Shown here in pieces: positions 10,441 to 21,785 of a stretch of DNA of 64,000 bases (its first letter is position 1; each line of letters opens with the position of its first letter). The DNA is from Clostridia bacterium (GTDB lineage: Bacteria; Bacillota; Clostridia; UMGS1883). A program made the translations under genes and the position numbers. The DNA is taken from positions 9,867 to 73,866 of the forward strand of contig JBJDXJ010000063.1 in NCBI GenBank assembly GCA_051866635.1, written 5' to 3'. The notes beneath the pieces were generated by a model that had not been told where the DNA came from, searched no databases, and saw only the letters and a program-made list of their open reading frames with translations.

Positions 10441-12453
10441 TTATCTTGCCAAATATCTATACACCATAACAGCTACTTCACCGCGGGTAATATAATCTTT
10501 GGGTCTTGCCCTATCTCCGGAAAGTACCCCCATTGCCTTCAAGATTTCCCCACTGCCTATTTTTTCAAAATCTGCCCCGTCGGTGTATGTTGATTTATAA
10601 ATATCATATCCTGCCACTTCCTTGTAGCCTATAATATTTATAAGTGTATTAAATGCTTCTTCACGTGTTACATTTCTGTCAGGCTCTGCCAAATCAATAT
10701 AGCCTTCCTTAACACAGTATTCACTGATTTTGTCCTTTGCCCAATAGATGGGGATAACGCCACTGTCTTTGCAGGCTAAGAAAAGTTTTACCATATCGGA
10801 CTGTGTTATATATTCATCAGGCTTAAAAGTATTTTCAGGCAAGTATATATCATGCTCAAAAAGAGCCTTTATTTCTTTTTCCGCCCAATGGTCTTCGATA
10901 TCGGTATACGGAACCTTTTCTTCACTTGCCTTATATCGCATTTCACCTGTCAAAGCGTCAATTACAACGCTATTTTTAATAGTTACGCCACCAACGTAGC
11001 CGTCAGCAGTATTTACATATGTATTATATAATGGTGCAATGTCAAAAATAATCTTTTTTGCATCTTCTTCACTTATTACATTCTTAGGGTCGGGGAATGT
11101 GGAAACATCCTTATCCCATGAGATATAATAGCTTGTAACCATATCTTCATTTAAATCGTATGTGACAGATATACTGTTTGAATCGTAGGGAATGGAATTT
11201 ACCAGTCTTTCGCAATTCATAACAGCACGATTACCGCTTTCTTCAAATGTAATTAAGGTGTCCTCTGTTTTATTGTCTGAAAGGGAAGCTGCAAAAGCCT
11301 TCAATGCCTCCTCGGGTATGGTATTTTTAGTCTCTTCCTCTTTTACTTCCATGGTGTATTTTGTTTTGTAAGAATAGATACCTGTAACAACTCCCGTTTC
11401 ACCTTCATATGTTACACTTACAGTCCTGTCTTCATTTGACAAGTCAAAGCTTACATAATATTCTTCATCCATTTTGTAGGAATATATATCATCTACTACC
11501 ATGCTGTCGTCAAGCTTTAAAAGTTCAAATTTTCTAAGAAGATTTGCCACATCTTGGGCTTTTACGAGACTTGCCATTTTATCAATCTCGCCTTTTTCCT
11601 TATCTGTAAGCACGGCAGAATTTTTGTTTGCTCCCATTGATATAGAATACTCTTCCACAGCTGAATCTTCCTCGCTTGTTGCATACCTTGAGGCAAATTT
11701 TTCTTCAATCTTCTCGCCGTTTTCTCTTGAAACATAGCCCTTTTCCAAAGTGTAGTAAAGCTTAACTTCTTTACCGTCATCTTTATATTCAGGTGAATAA
11801 TGGAGCTTTATGGGGAAATTTTTCAAATAGTCCTCTTGGTCCAATTCTTTTAAATTGCCATTTGAAAATACAACCTCCTGGTCTAAGAAAGCCGCCGCAG
11901 ATTGAACAAAGATTTTTTCCTTTGTTGCTCTTACCCGTACAATTACATAGTTTGAGTTAACTTTTTCATTTTTATAGTAACGCTGATATGTAAAACTAAA
12001 GGTCTTATACCTTCCCGAATATGAGCTTTTTGCCAAATCTTCCTCATACTTTAAAACATCATCACCCAAAATGTATTCAGGGTATGCTTTTTCAATAAAG
12101 CTGTCGGATAAAATTTTTGCATCATCAATCGTATAACCGATAAGTGTTCTTTCCCCGTTATACATACCACTTTCGTAATAATTGTATTCAACAATTCTGC
12201 CCTTACTGTCGGAGGAAATATAAACTTCCTTATCATAGCTTTCATCGTTCCAGTTAAAATCATACCTTAATATACCGTCGTACTTATTTTGTGAATATGA
12301 AAATTCTTCTAATTCTTCGGGAATATCAATTTTCATCTTCACCTTAGTTAAAACTTCTTCGGCACTTGAATTTTCGCTTGCCAATACAGGAACACAAGTT
12401 ACTACAATACATAACGCCAACAATAATGATAACAATTTTTTCATAAATATCAC
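10441..12453 (-). CDS. Secreted protein with C-terminal triple SLH anchoring module; function unknown
   Basis: Signal peptide (LLALCIVVTCVPVLA). C-terminal 150 aa contain three SLH-like repeats. Confidence 0.6.
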   Translation of the reverse strand: MIFMKKLLSLLLALCIVVTCVPVLASENSSAEEVLTKVKMKIDIPEELEEFSYSQNKYDGILRYDFNWNDESYDKEVYISSDSKGRIVEYNYYESGMYNGERTLIGYTIDDAKILSDSFIEKAYPEYILGDDVLKYEEDLAKSSYSGRYKTFSFTYQRYYKNEKVNSNYVIVRVRATKEKIFVQSAAAFLDQEVVFSNGNLKELDQEDYLKNFPIKLHYSPEYKDDGKEVKLYYTLEKGYVSRENGEKIEEKFASRYATSEEDSAVEEYSISMGANKNSAVLTDKEKGEIDKMASLVKAQDVANLLRKFELLKLDDSMVVDDIYSYKMDEEYYVSFDLSNEDRTVSVTYEGETGVVTGIYSYKTKYTMEVKEEETKNTIPEEALKAFAASLSDNKTEDTLITFEESGNRAVMNCERLVNSIPYDSNSISVTYDLNEDMVTSYYISWDKDVSTFPDPKNVISEEDAKKIIFDIAPLYNTYVNTADGYVGGVTIKNSVVIDALTGEMRYKASEEKVPYTDIEDHWAEKEIKALFEHDIYLPENTFKPDEYITQSDMVKLFLACKDSGVIPIYWAKDKISEYCVKEGYIDLAEPDRNVTREEAFNTLINIIGYKEVAGYDIYKSTYTDGADFEKIGSGEILKAMGVLSGDRARPKDYITRGEVAVMVYRYLAR

Positions 12454-12455
12454 TC

Positions 12456-13103
12456 CTATAAATTTTCAGAAATTCCATTAAAATCTTTTATATAAAAATC
12501 TGCTACACTTTCCATTTCCTTTTTAAATGCATCCCAGCGTTTATCCCATACGCAAACGACCTTTGCACCTGTGCTTTTAGCTGTTTTTACCGCCTCGGGC
12601 ACATCTTCAAAAATAACACATTCCTTTATATTAACCCCAAGCCTTTCCGCCGCTAAGTTATACACATGTGGGTCACGCTTACTTATACCCGTTTCATCAG
12701 TTGATATAAATACGTCAAATAAGTCATATACACCAGTGTTTTTCATTGCCGCTTCGTAAAGGGTTTTACTTGAACTTGTTGCCAGTGCAATTTTCACACC
12801 TTGCCCTTTCAGCTTTTCCATGTACTCTTTTGCACCGCTTCTTAATTTAATGTTATTTGCATATTCAAAAAGTGCTCTTTCGTCCCATTCACGCATTAAA
12901 TCTTCTACTGTATCTTTAAGATTAAACCGCTTTATGGAATACTTTGCACATTCTTCACCTGTCATAGAGCTTATTATGTGTGCATAATCATCGGGAACAC
13001 CGATGCCCCTTGCCTGAAGAAAGTCCACATCAATTTTATCCCACACGGAAATGGAATCAAGTATTGTTCCGTCCATATCAAATATGGCACCTTTAAATCT
13101 CAT
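12456..13103 (-). CDS. HAD-superfamily hydrolase (beta-phosphoglucomutase-like subfamily IA)
   Basis: IFDMDGTILDS motif I, plus conserved S/T and K/D motifs. Overlaps pepD by 4 bp. Confidence 0.85.
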   Translation of the reverse strand: MRFKGAIFDMDGTILDSISVWDKIDVDFLQARGIGVPDDYAHIISSMTGEECAKYSIKRFNLKDTVEDLMREWDERALFEYANNIKLRSGAKEYMEKLKGQGVKIALATSSSKTLYEAAMKNTGVYDLFDVFISTDETGISKRDPHVYNLAAERLGVNIKECVIFEDVPEAVKTAKSTGAKVVCVWDKRWDAFKKEMESVADFYIKDFNGISENL

Positions 13104-14530
13104 TCTGTTATCATCTCCAATGCTTTCACAATGAAATCAACTGTTTCACCAAGGCTTGACACTTCCCATCTTTCCTTTGGTGAATGTACATCATAAAGCT
13201 GAGGCCCTGCACTGACCATCTGCATATTAGGTTTAACCGATGCGAAGAATGCACATTCCAATCCCGCATGTACACCGCCTACCTTCAATTCATTACCCGT
13301 TACTTCGTAATAGGCCTTTTTCATAATTCTTATTAAATCATTTTCTCCCTTTTCTTCCCATATGGGATTTTCGGAGGGAATGGACAATTTGTATCCGTAT
13401 ACCCTTGCCAAAGCCTTTGCCACCCTTTTTCTTTCTTGGGAATGGAATTTTGAGCTGCTTCGTGCAAGCACTTCAATATGAAGATTATCATTTGTTTTTA
13501 AAACACCGATGTTCTGACTTGTCTCCACAAAATCCGGGGTGTATTTACTCATGTAAAATACGCCTGAATGTAAGCTTACAAGGAAGTTAATAAGTTTTTC
13601 TTTATCTTCATCACTTATTTTATCAGCGGAACATACATTTTCAAATGCAAATTTAACATTTACTTCGTTAGGGTATTCTTCTTTGATTGCATTTTCAAAT
13701 TTCTCTGCAATCAATTTCACCTTATCTTTTTCATTTGTTACAATCACGCATTCCGCTTCGGCACAGATTGCGTTCTTAACCCGTCCCCCTTCAAATAAGC
13801 TAAGGTCAAATTCTACACCATTTTCACCAAGCTCATCCAAAAATTCAGCCATAAGTTTTATTGCATTGCCACGGGGCAAATTAATATCACAACCGCTATG
13901 ACCGCCTAAAAGATGCATTATTTTAACACTTAAAGCGTCCTTTTCTTCTTCGTATTTAACTCTTTTCAAATCAGAGTTAAAAATAATTTCCACAGTGTTG
14001 GAGCAAGATGAAGAAATGCTGTCCTTTTCTTCCCAGTCAAGATTTAACAGGTACTTTCCGTCAAGGTACTTAATATCTAAGTTTTCCGCACCCTTCATGC
14101 TTGTTTCTTCCTCAACTGTAAATATTCCTCGGATTTTGGGGTGCTTTAAGGTGTTGTCCGATAAAATATAAAGCATCATTGCAACGCCTGCACCGTCATC
14201 AGCACCAAGGCTTGTGCCTTTAGCCTTTAAAAAGTCACCGTCACGGTAAATTTCCACGCTGTCTGTTATGGGGTCATATTCCTTGTCACTTTCTGCAACA
14301 CATACCATATCCATATGACTTTGAAGTATTACACAAGGTGCGTTTTCATATCCCCGCCTTGCCTCTTTTTCCATAATAACATTGCCGTAGGAATCCATTT
14401 CGCACTTTAAATTATGTTCCTTTGCCCAATTTACAAGGTATTCACCAATAGCTTTTTCATTGCCCGAGCCGTGCGGGATAACCGAAAACCTTAAAAACTC
14501 GTCTATTACTTTTTTTGCCTTTGAATCCAT
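13100..14530 (-). CDS. pepD: Aminoacyl-histidine dipeptidase (M20 family)
   Basis: IPHGSGNEKAIGEYL...ENAPCVILQSHMDMV motifs of the Xaa-His dipeptidase family. Start moved to MDSKAKK with an AGAGGTG RBS; the track's 14602 start adds 24 unlikely residues. Confidence 0.85.
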   Translation of the reverse strand: MDSKAKKVIDEFLRFSVIPHGSGNEKAIGEYLVNWAKEHNLKCEMDSYGNVIMEKEARRGYENAPCVILQSHMDMVCVAESDKEYDPITDSVEIYRDGDFLKAKGTSLGADDGAGVAMMLYILSDNTLKHPKIRGIFTVEEETSMKGAENLDIKYLDGKYLLNLDWEEKDSISSSCSNTVEIIFNSDLKRVKYEEEKDALSVKIMHLLGGHSGCDINLPRGNAIKLMAEFLDELGENGVEFDLSLFEGGRVKNAICAEAECVIVTNEKDKVKLIAEKFENAIKEEYPNEVNVKFAFENVCSADKISDEDKEKLINFLVSLHSGVFYMSKYTPDFVETSQNIGVLKTNDNLHIEVLARSSSKFHSQERKRVAKALARVYGYKLSIPSENPIWEEKGENDLIRIMKKAYYEVTGNELKVGGVHAGLECAFFASVKPNMQMVSAGPQLYDVHSPKERWEVSSLGETVDFIVKALEMITE

Positions 14531-14593
14531 ATTTACACACCTCTGTATATAATACTTTTTACACTCCCAAAAAGTTGCAACCATTTTAAAAAG

Positions 14594-14750
14594 GGTCTGC
14601 AAAAAAAGTCAGCACTTATAACAAAAAGACCATTTCGGGACTGTCCCAACAAAACCTCGCAAGGTTTCTTTGGCAAATTGTCTCCCAATTTGCCATAAGG
14701 GGGACTGTCCCAAATGTTCTTAACTTATTTATTAGACTTTTTTGCAGCCC
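14594..14750. repeat. Copy A of a ~155-bp structured intergenic repeat with terminal inverted repeats
   Basis: Near-identical to 18599..18753 and 38615..38777. Ends GGGTCTGCAAAAAAAGTC...GACTTTTTTGCAGCCCC are inverted repeats of each other. Internal sub-hairpins AAACCTCGCAAGGTTT and GGCAAATTGTCTCCCAATTTGCC. Confidence 0.85.
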
Positions 14751-14757
14751 CTTTTAA

Positions 14758-15786
14758 TTAGTAGGGTAAATTAAAGCTTTCAGATATTCCGTTATCTATT
14801 CCTACATCAGCCATATCAATTTTCCAATAAGCACCCAAATTCCACACTGTTCCCTTTGTTACAAGGTTAAGTGATGTTAAATTGTACTTTGAAAAATACA
14901 GTTTATTATATTCCTCGCTCATATCCCAGATAAATGTTTTATCGTTATTTGAGAAATTATCCGTCATGTCATTTTTGTTATATATACCAACAGTAACAGT
15001 GGCTAACGGGTTATCACCGCTCAAATGGCAAACCATTGCTTCTGTATTGCCCTGTCTTTCTCCATTTGTTTCACCCTTAGGGGTTGTTCTTACATACAAA
15101 TCATCATCAAAGTTGCAATAACGTGAAAAATCCTTATTTACAGAAGCCATTGCCGTATATGACAGTGCCATCTTAACATCACGCACAAATTCTACCTTAG
15201 TATCAAGGTTTACGGTATCACCAACCATTGTGTAAACCCTTTCAACATTGGCATAGGGCAAGTGTTCCTCATTTGCAAGAAGTATTGTGGTATTTTCCAC
15301 AATTACAAGTCTGTTGACATACTTTGACTGACCAACCTCAAGAGAAAAAACTTCACCTGTTACGGCATCCATCATACTGAGTGAAACAAGTCTTTCACTG
15401 CCGTGATTGCCGCCTGTAAATTCCAGGTTTTGAGTAACCGGGTTAAACACCCTGAAAACATACTCCCAGTCTGTTCCGCCGCCGATAACAACATTTTCAG
15501 TATATCTGTTGCCTATCTTCATGTCACCTAAGTTCCAAGTTCCCCATTCGGTGCGACAAAACTGTACAACAATATGTTTTCCCTTATTATCGGTATAATA
15601 CATTTCATACATATTCTGTTTCGGTCTTAATACAGTCATATCACAGTGTGCTATATTTGTATTATAGTATCTGTGAGTTTCCAGCACCAACTCCGCAATG
15701 CCGTCGCTTACAACCTTCGACGCATAAACATTCACAGATGAAAATGCCATAATAAGTATCAATATAATTGCCGTTATTTTTTTCAC
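14758..15786 (-). CDS. Secreted hypothetical protein
   Basis: Signal peptide (ILILIMAFSSVNVYA). No motif I can assign. Confidence 0.5.
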   Translation of the reverse strand: MKKITAIILILIMAFSSVNVYASKVVSDGIAELVLETHRYYNTNIAHCDMTVLRPKQNMYEMYYTDNKGKHIVVQFCRTEWGTWNLGDMKIGNRYTENVVIGGGTDWEYVFRVFNPVTQNLEFTGGNHGSERLVSLSMMDAVTGEVFSLEVGQSKYVNRLVIVENTTILLANEEHLPYANVERVYTMVGDTVNLDTKVEFVRDVKMALSYTAMASVNKDFSRYCNFDDDLYVRTTPKGETNGERQGNTEAMVCHLSGDNPLATVTVGIYNKNDMTDNFSNNDKTFIWDMSEEYNKLYFSKYNLTSLNLVTKGTVWNLGAYWKIDMADVGIDNGISESFNLPY

Positions 15787-15804
15787 AACACATTCCTCCG
15801 AATA

Positions 15805-16605
15805 TTATTCAGCATCCAAATGGCTTCTTTTTACAATATCTTTTATATTGCTCATATCCATTTTGCCGCCGTGTACCTTTTTTAAATACATAAGATATTC
15901 AATATTCCCTTCAGGTCCCCTGACAGGGGAAAAATCAACCCCGACCACAGAAAATCCCATTTCCTCTGCAAAAAGAATAACATTCTTTATAACAGACTCA
16001 TGAATATTTTTATCCTTTACAACACCCTTTTTACCAACGTTGCCCCGTCCTGCTTCAAACTGGGGCTTAATAAGTGCCATAAGCTCCCCGCCATCATTCA
16101 AAAGATTATATGCAACAGGTAAAACAAGCTTCAGCGAAATAAACGCCACATCTATAGATATAAAGTCAATATCTTCACCAATGTCTTTCTTGGTTACACT
16201 CCGTATGTTTGTTTTTTCCATATTGACAACACGTTCATCTTCCCTGAGCTTTTCCGCCAACTGACCGCTTCCCACATCCACCGCAAAAACCTTTTTTGCT
16301 CCGTTTTGAAGCATGCAATCAGTAAAACCGCCTGTGGATGCACCTATGTCCATGCACACCTTATCTTTAAGTAATATGTTAAAAGCCTTTATTGCTTTTT
16401 CAATTTTTAAGCCTCCACGGCTTACGTATTTTAACGTATCACCCACAATGCGGATTTCATCGCCTTCGCTTAAGGTATAGCTTGCCTTGTCCCTTGGCTC
16501 ATTATTTACAAAAACCTTGCCTTCTTTTATAAGGTTTTTTGCCGCCTCACGGCTTTGACAAAGCCCCAGTTCCACAAGGTGCACATCAAGTCTCTTCTTT
16601 GTCAT
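15805..16605 (-). CDS. tlyA: TlyA-family rRNA (cytidine-2'-O)-methyltransferase (S4 + FtsJ domains)
   Basis: N-terminal S4 RNA-binding domain (RLDVHLVELGLCQSREAAKNLIKEGKVFVN) followed by a SAM-methyltransferase fold (DIGASTGGFTD). Confidence 0.85.
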   Translation of the reverse strand: MTKKRLDVHLVELGLCQSREAAKNLIKEGKVFVNNEPRDKASYTLSEGDEIRIVGDTLKYVSRGGLKIEKAIKAFNILLKDKVCMDIGASTGGFTDCMLQNGAKKVFAVDVGSGQLAEKLREDERVVNMEKTNIRSVTKKDIGEDIDFISIDVAFISLKLVLPVAYNLLNDGGELMALIKPQFEAGRGNVGKKGVVKDKNIHESVIKNVILFAEEMGFSVVGVDFSPVRGPEGNIEYLMYLKKVHGGKMDMSNIKDIVKRSHLDAE

Positions 16606-18457
16606 GTATCATTTCCTTTTCTATTCTTTCAGCTATGCTTCTGCCGTCAAGGGCATATTTTTTGAGAATATCATCATAAGATCCGTGTTCAACAAAGCTG
16701 TCAAGACCTATGGCAACATACTTTGCCGCTACACCCATTTCGGATAATTTTGCAATAATATTCTCGCCCATTCCACCACGGAGTACGCCTTGCTCCACAG
16801 TAACAAGAAATCCTGTTTTCATAACGCTTTCTTTTACTGTATCAACATCCATCGGAACTATTGTACGCGGGTTAATCACATCGGCTTCTATGCCCTTATC
16901 TGAAAGGTACTGTGCAGCTTTCATGGCATGAGGAAGGCTTACACCTTCACTTAAAATTGTCACACCGTTGCCATGGCGTACATATTGGCACTCTGCAGGT
17001 TTAAACTCACCTGAATTATATTTATATTCACAGTTTCCTCTGGGATAGCGTACAACTACAGGTCCGTCACACTCATTCACTGCATACCTTAACATTTTCC
17101 TCAGTTCGTCAAATGAACAGGGTGACAGAATTGTTATATTTGGCACAGAGGAGAAAAACGCAATGTCATGTATTCCCTGGTGCGTTTTACCGTCACAAGG
17201 TACAAGCCCTGCACGGTCTATTGCAAAAACCACATGCATATTTCCCACCGCAACATCATGTATGATAGAATCATAAGCACGCTGGGCAAAGGAGGAATAC
17301 AAGCTTACAACCGGTATAACCCCGGCACCTGCAAGTCCGCCTGCAAAAGTAACAGCATGGGCTTCCGCTATACCTACATCGTAAAACTTATGAGGAAATT
17401 CTTTTTCAAAGCCTGCCAATCCGCTTCCCAAAGTCATTGCAGGCGTAATAATTGCAACATTGTCCTTTTCCCTTGCAATGGCACACATTTCCTCACCGAA
17501 AACAGACGAATAAGTTTCCCCGGAGCTTTCTGTAACGCCAACCATTTTATTGAAAGGTGACACACCGTGATACTTTGAAGGTTCCTTTTCCGCAAAGCTG
17601 TAGCCTTTACCCTTCTTTGTTATAACATGAACCATAACAGGCTCATTCAATTTCAAAGCACGCCTGAAGGTTTCTTCCATTTTACGTATATCATGACCGT
17701 CTATGGGTCCCAGATATGTTACACCCAATTCTTCAAAAAGCACACCGGGAGTTACAAGATACTTCACATGTTCCTTAGTCCGTCTTATAACATTTGCTAT
17801 ACTTTGTCCGTACTTAGGAAGCCTTTCCAAAGCCGAATCAACATCCTTTTTTGACTGAACATATTTCATATTTGTTCTTGCCTTTGTAAGATACTCGTTT
17901 AATGCACCTACATTTTCTGAAATTGACATTTCGTTATCGTTTAATACAATAAGCATACTTCTTCCTGTATGACCTATATTATTCAATCCCTCTATTGCCA
18001 GACCGCCCGACAATGCACCGTCACCTATAACTGCGGCAACATTATACTTTTCACCTAACAAATCCCTTGCACATGCGGCACCTAACGCCAAGGAAAGAGA
18101 TGTTGACGTATGACCTGAAACATAAGGGTCGTACCGGCTCTCTCTCGGGTCACAAAAACCGCACTCACCGTCCAAACTACGAAGAGTTTTGAAATTTTCC
18201 CGTCTTCCGGATAATATTTTATGAGTATAACTCTGGTGTCCCACATCCCATATAAGCTTGTCTGTAGGCAATCTTAAAACCCTATGTAAAGCAATTGTCA
18301 ATTCAACCGCACCTAAATTAGAGGCAAGATGGCCCCCTTGCTTTGCTGTAATATCTATAATAATTTCTCTGATTTCTTGTGCCAATAAATTCAGCTGTGC
18401 TGTATTTAGTTTCATAAGACTTTCACGGTCATTAATTTTATCAATTAATCTGTCCAC
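16586..18457 (-). CDS. dxs: 1-deoxy-D-xylulose-5-phosphate synthase
   Basis: ThDP-binding GDG(A/S)...N motif and transketolase-like domains. The first codon of the track ORF is TTG with no spacing to GGAGG, so I place the start at the GTG 9 nt after GGAGG. Confidence 0.93.
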   Translation of the reverse strand: MDRLIDKINDRESLMKLNTAQLNLLAQEIREIIIDITAKQGGHLASNLGAVELTIALHRVLRLPTDKLIWDVGHQSYTHKILSGRRENFKTLRSLDGECGFCDPRESRYDPYVSGHTSTSLSLALGAACARDLLGEKYNVAAVIGDGALSGGLAIEGLNNIGHTGRSMLIVLNDNEMSISENVGALNEYLTKARTNMKYVQSKKDVDSALERLPKYGQSIANVIRRTKEHVKYLVTPGVLFEELGVTYLGPIDGHDIRKMEETFRRALKLNEPVMVHVITKKGKGYSFAEKEPSKYHGVSPFNKMVGVTESSGETYSSVFGEEMCAIAREKDNVAIITPAMTLGSGLAGFEKEFPHKFYDVGIAEAHAVTFAGGLAGAGVIPVVSLYSSFAQRAYDSIIHDVAVGNMHVVFAIDRAGLVPCDGKTHQGIHDIAFFSSVPNITILSPCSFDELRKMLRYAVNECDGPVVVRYPRGNCEYKYNSGEFKPAECQYVRHGNGVTILSEGVSLPHAMKAAQYLSDKGIEADVINPRTIVPMDVDTVKESVMKTGFLVTVEQGVLRGGMGENIIAKLSEMGVAAKYVAIGLDSFVEHGSYDDILKKYALDGRSIAERIEKEMIHDKEET

Positions 18458-18598
18458 AAAATGCAACCTCCTTTTTCAGGATATGACAAAAATATCTATT
18501 AAACATTATAGCACAATCATTTTGTATTGTAAAGTTTTGATGTTTGGAATAGTTGCACAATTTTTGCTAATTATGAAGTTTACTTAAAAGAAAAAATA

Positions 18599-18753
18599 AG
18601 GGGCTGTGAAAAGCAATTAGATAACAAAAAGACCATTTCGGGACTGTCCCAACAAAACCTCGCAAGGTTTCTTTGGCAAATTGTCTCCCAATTTGCCATA
18701 AGGGGGACTGAACCGAATGGTCTTAACTTATTTATTAGACTTTTTTACAGCCT
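18599..18753. repeat. Copy B of the structured intergenic repeat
   Basis: Same element as 14594..14750 with a few substitutions (GACTGAACCGAATGG versus GACTGTCCCAAATG). Confidence 0.85.
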
Positions 18754-18814
18754 CTTAAAATCACAAGTATTTTAATGAAAAGTTAAGAGGTGATAGTGAA
18801 TAGTGAATAAGTAA

Positions 18815-18849
18815 AAATCGACAAGCCTTTTGCAAGCCTTGTCGATTTT
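18815..18849 (-). terminator. Rho-independent terminator downstream of tRNA-Leu
   Basis: 9-bp stem ATCGACAAG/CTTGTCGAT followed by a T-run on the minus strand, immediately 3' of the tRNA CCA end. Confidence 0.6.
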
Positions 18850-18932
18850 TGGTGCGAGAGGCGGGACTTGAACCCGCATGGTCTCCCACACGCACCTTAA
18901 ACGTGCGCGTCTGCCGATTCCGCCACTCTCGC
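18850..18932 (-). tRNA. tRNA-Leu (class II, long variable arm); canonical fold gives anticodon AAG
   Basis: Reverse complement GCGAGAGTGGCGGAATCGGCAGACGCGCACGTTTAAGGTGCGTGTGGGAGACCATGCGGGTTCAAGTCCCGCCTCTCGCACCA. 7-bp acceptor stem, GTTCAAGTC T-loop, discriminator A73, encoded CCA. The track ORF 18761..19078 over it is spurious. Confidence 0.85.
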
Positions 18933-18962
18933 ATATCTATTCGTTTTTCAACGACAGGATTT

Positions 18963-18991
18963 ATTATAACAGCACTGAAGCGATTTGTCAA
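18963..18991 (-). promoter_or_regulatory. Consensus sigma-A promoter (TTGACA-17 bp-TATAAT) driving tRNA-Leu
   Basis: Minus-strand TTGACAaatcgcttcagtgctgtTATAAT about 30 nt upstream of the tRNA 5' end. Confidence 0.7.
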
Positions 18992-19034
18992 CACAAAATC
19001 AAGAAATTTTTGAATTTTTTTGCAAAAATCACTT

Positions 19035-19499
19035 TTACATAATTTTAAGTACCGCATCAGGTACAAACATGGATACATCCTTGCCGAAACTTTTCAGTTC
19101 TTTAACCATAGAAGAAGACACAGCTACATTATCTGCCCTGAAATATACGTATTCTAAATTGGGGTTAATAAGCTTATTAATTTCCGCTATGTTTTCCTCG
19201 TAGTTGTAATCCATATTGTTCCTGAGGCCCCTAATCATGTATTTTATATTGTTATCAGATGCATATTCCGCAACAAGACCCTCATGGATAACCACGATAC
19301 AATTTGTAATTGAGTTTTCTTTCAATGCATTTTCTATGGCGGTTTTCATTTTTTCGCTTTCGTAATCACGCTTTTTATTTGCATTAATTCCGATTAATAT
19401 ATGTACTGTGTTAAAAAGTTTCGATGCTTTCCTCACCACATCAAGATGACCCTTTGTAAATGGGTCAAAGCTACCGGGATAAATTGCACTGTTGTTCAT
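19035..19499 (-). CDS. coaD: Phosphopantetheine adenylyltransferase
   Basis: AIYPGSFDPFTKGHLDVVRKA nucleotidyltransferase (T/H)xGH motif, about 155 aa. Confidence 0.92.
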   Translation of the reverse strand: MNNSAIYPGSFDPFTKGHLDVVRKASKLFNTVHILIGINANKKRDYESEKMKTAIENALKENSITNCIVVIHEGLVAEYASDNNIKYMIRGLRNNMDYNYEENIAEINKLINPNLEYVYFRADNVAVSSSMVKELKSFGKDVSMFVPDAVLKIM

Positions 19500-19587
19500 T
19501 TTCTCTCACTCACATTTCCGTGTATTTTAAATTATTGTTACTCCATTAATTCTACTATTTTAAAAGAATTCTGTCAACCAAAATAAA

Positions 19588-19630
19588 AAAGAAAGGATTT
19601 TGAAAAGCCAAAATCCTTTCTTTTATTTTG
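19588..19630 (-). terminator. Rho-independent terminator downstream of groEL
   Basis: AAGAAAGGATTTT/AAAATCCTTTCTT stem followed by TTTTATTTT on the minus strand, right after the groEL stop. Confidence 0.7.
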
Positions 19631-19643
19631 GTTGTGTATTTAA

Positions 19644-21296
<1,653 letters not shown>

Positions 21297-21323
21297 TCAT
21301 TCCTTTCAAACTTTAATCAATCT

Positions 21324-21611
21324 TTAATCAATTTTAGCCAAAATGTCTGATTGACGAACAATCTTATATTCAACGCCGTCAAGCTTAACTTCAGTACCGG
21401 CATACTGCGAAAGAATAACCTTATCGCCTACTTCTACTTCCATTTTTACTTCTTTGCCGTCAATTACACCGCCGGGACCTACAGCCAATACGTTTGCATA
21501 AACGGGCTTTTCCTTAGCTGTACCCGTAAGAACGATACCGCTTTTTGTCTGGCTTTCTTCAACTTCTGCCATTTTTACAACTACTCTGTCTCCTAAAGGT
21601 TTAATTGTCAT
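21324..21611 (-). CDS. groS: Co-chaperonin GroES (10 kDa)
   Basis: 95 aa, MTIKPLGDRVVVK, mobile-loop region, immediately upstream of groEL. Confidence 0.96.
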   Translation of the reverse strand: MTIKPLGDRVVVKMAEVEESQTKSGIVLTGTAKEKPVYANVLAVGPGGVIDGKEVKMEVEVGDKVILSQYAGTEVKLDGVEYKIVRQSDILAKID

Positions 21612-21635
21612 TATAATTACCTCCCAATTATTTTG

Positions 21636-21662
21636 TTAGCACTCACTAAAGGTGACTGCTAA
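21636..21662. promoter_or_regulatory. CIRCE operator (HrcA binding site) upstream of groES
   Basis: TTAGCACTC-N9-GACTGCTAA, one mismatch to the consensus TTAGCACTC-N9-GAGTGCTAA, 25 bp upstream of the groES start. Confidence 0.8.
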
Positions 21663-21785
21663 TACTTTATTAGAATAATAGCACACAGATTTAATTATTG
21701 CAAGTGTTAATTGTTTTATTTTTGTTTTATTGGAAATAAATTCATCATTTGTTCATATATATTATATACCGGGAGAGTGATAATA

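Noticed and set aside
18761-19078. 105-aa ORF on minus strand
   Set aside because: It overlaps the tRNA-Leu gene, its promoter and terminator, and is an artefact.
21711-21785. N-terminal extension of ORF 21711..22385 (MFYFCFIGNKFIICSYILYTGRVII)
   Set aside because: The extension is hydrophobic junk upstream of a clear GGGAGAG RBS plus ATG at 21786. The same reasoning applies to extended track starts of uppP, pepD, marR, the lipoprotein 39717, the S8 peptidase, RHH and HTH genes.
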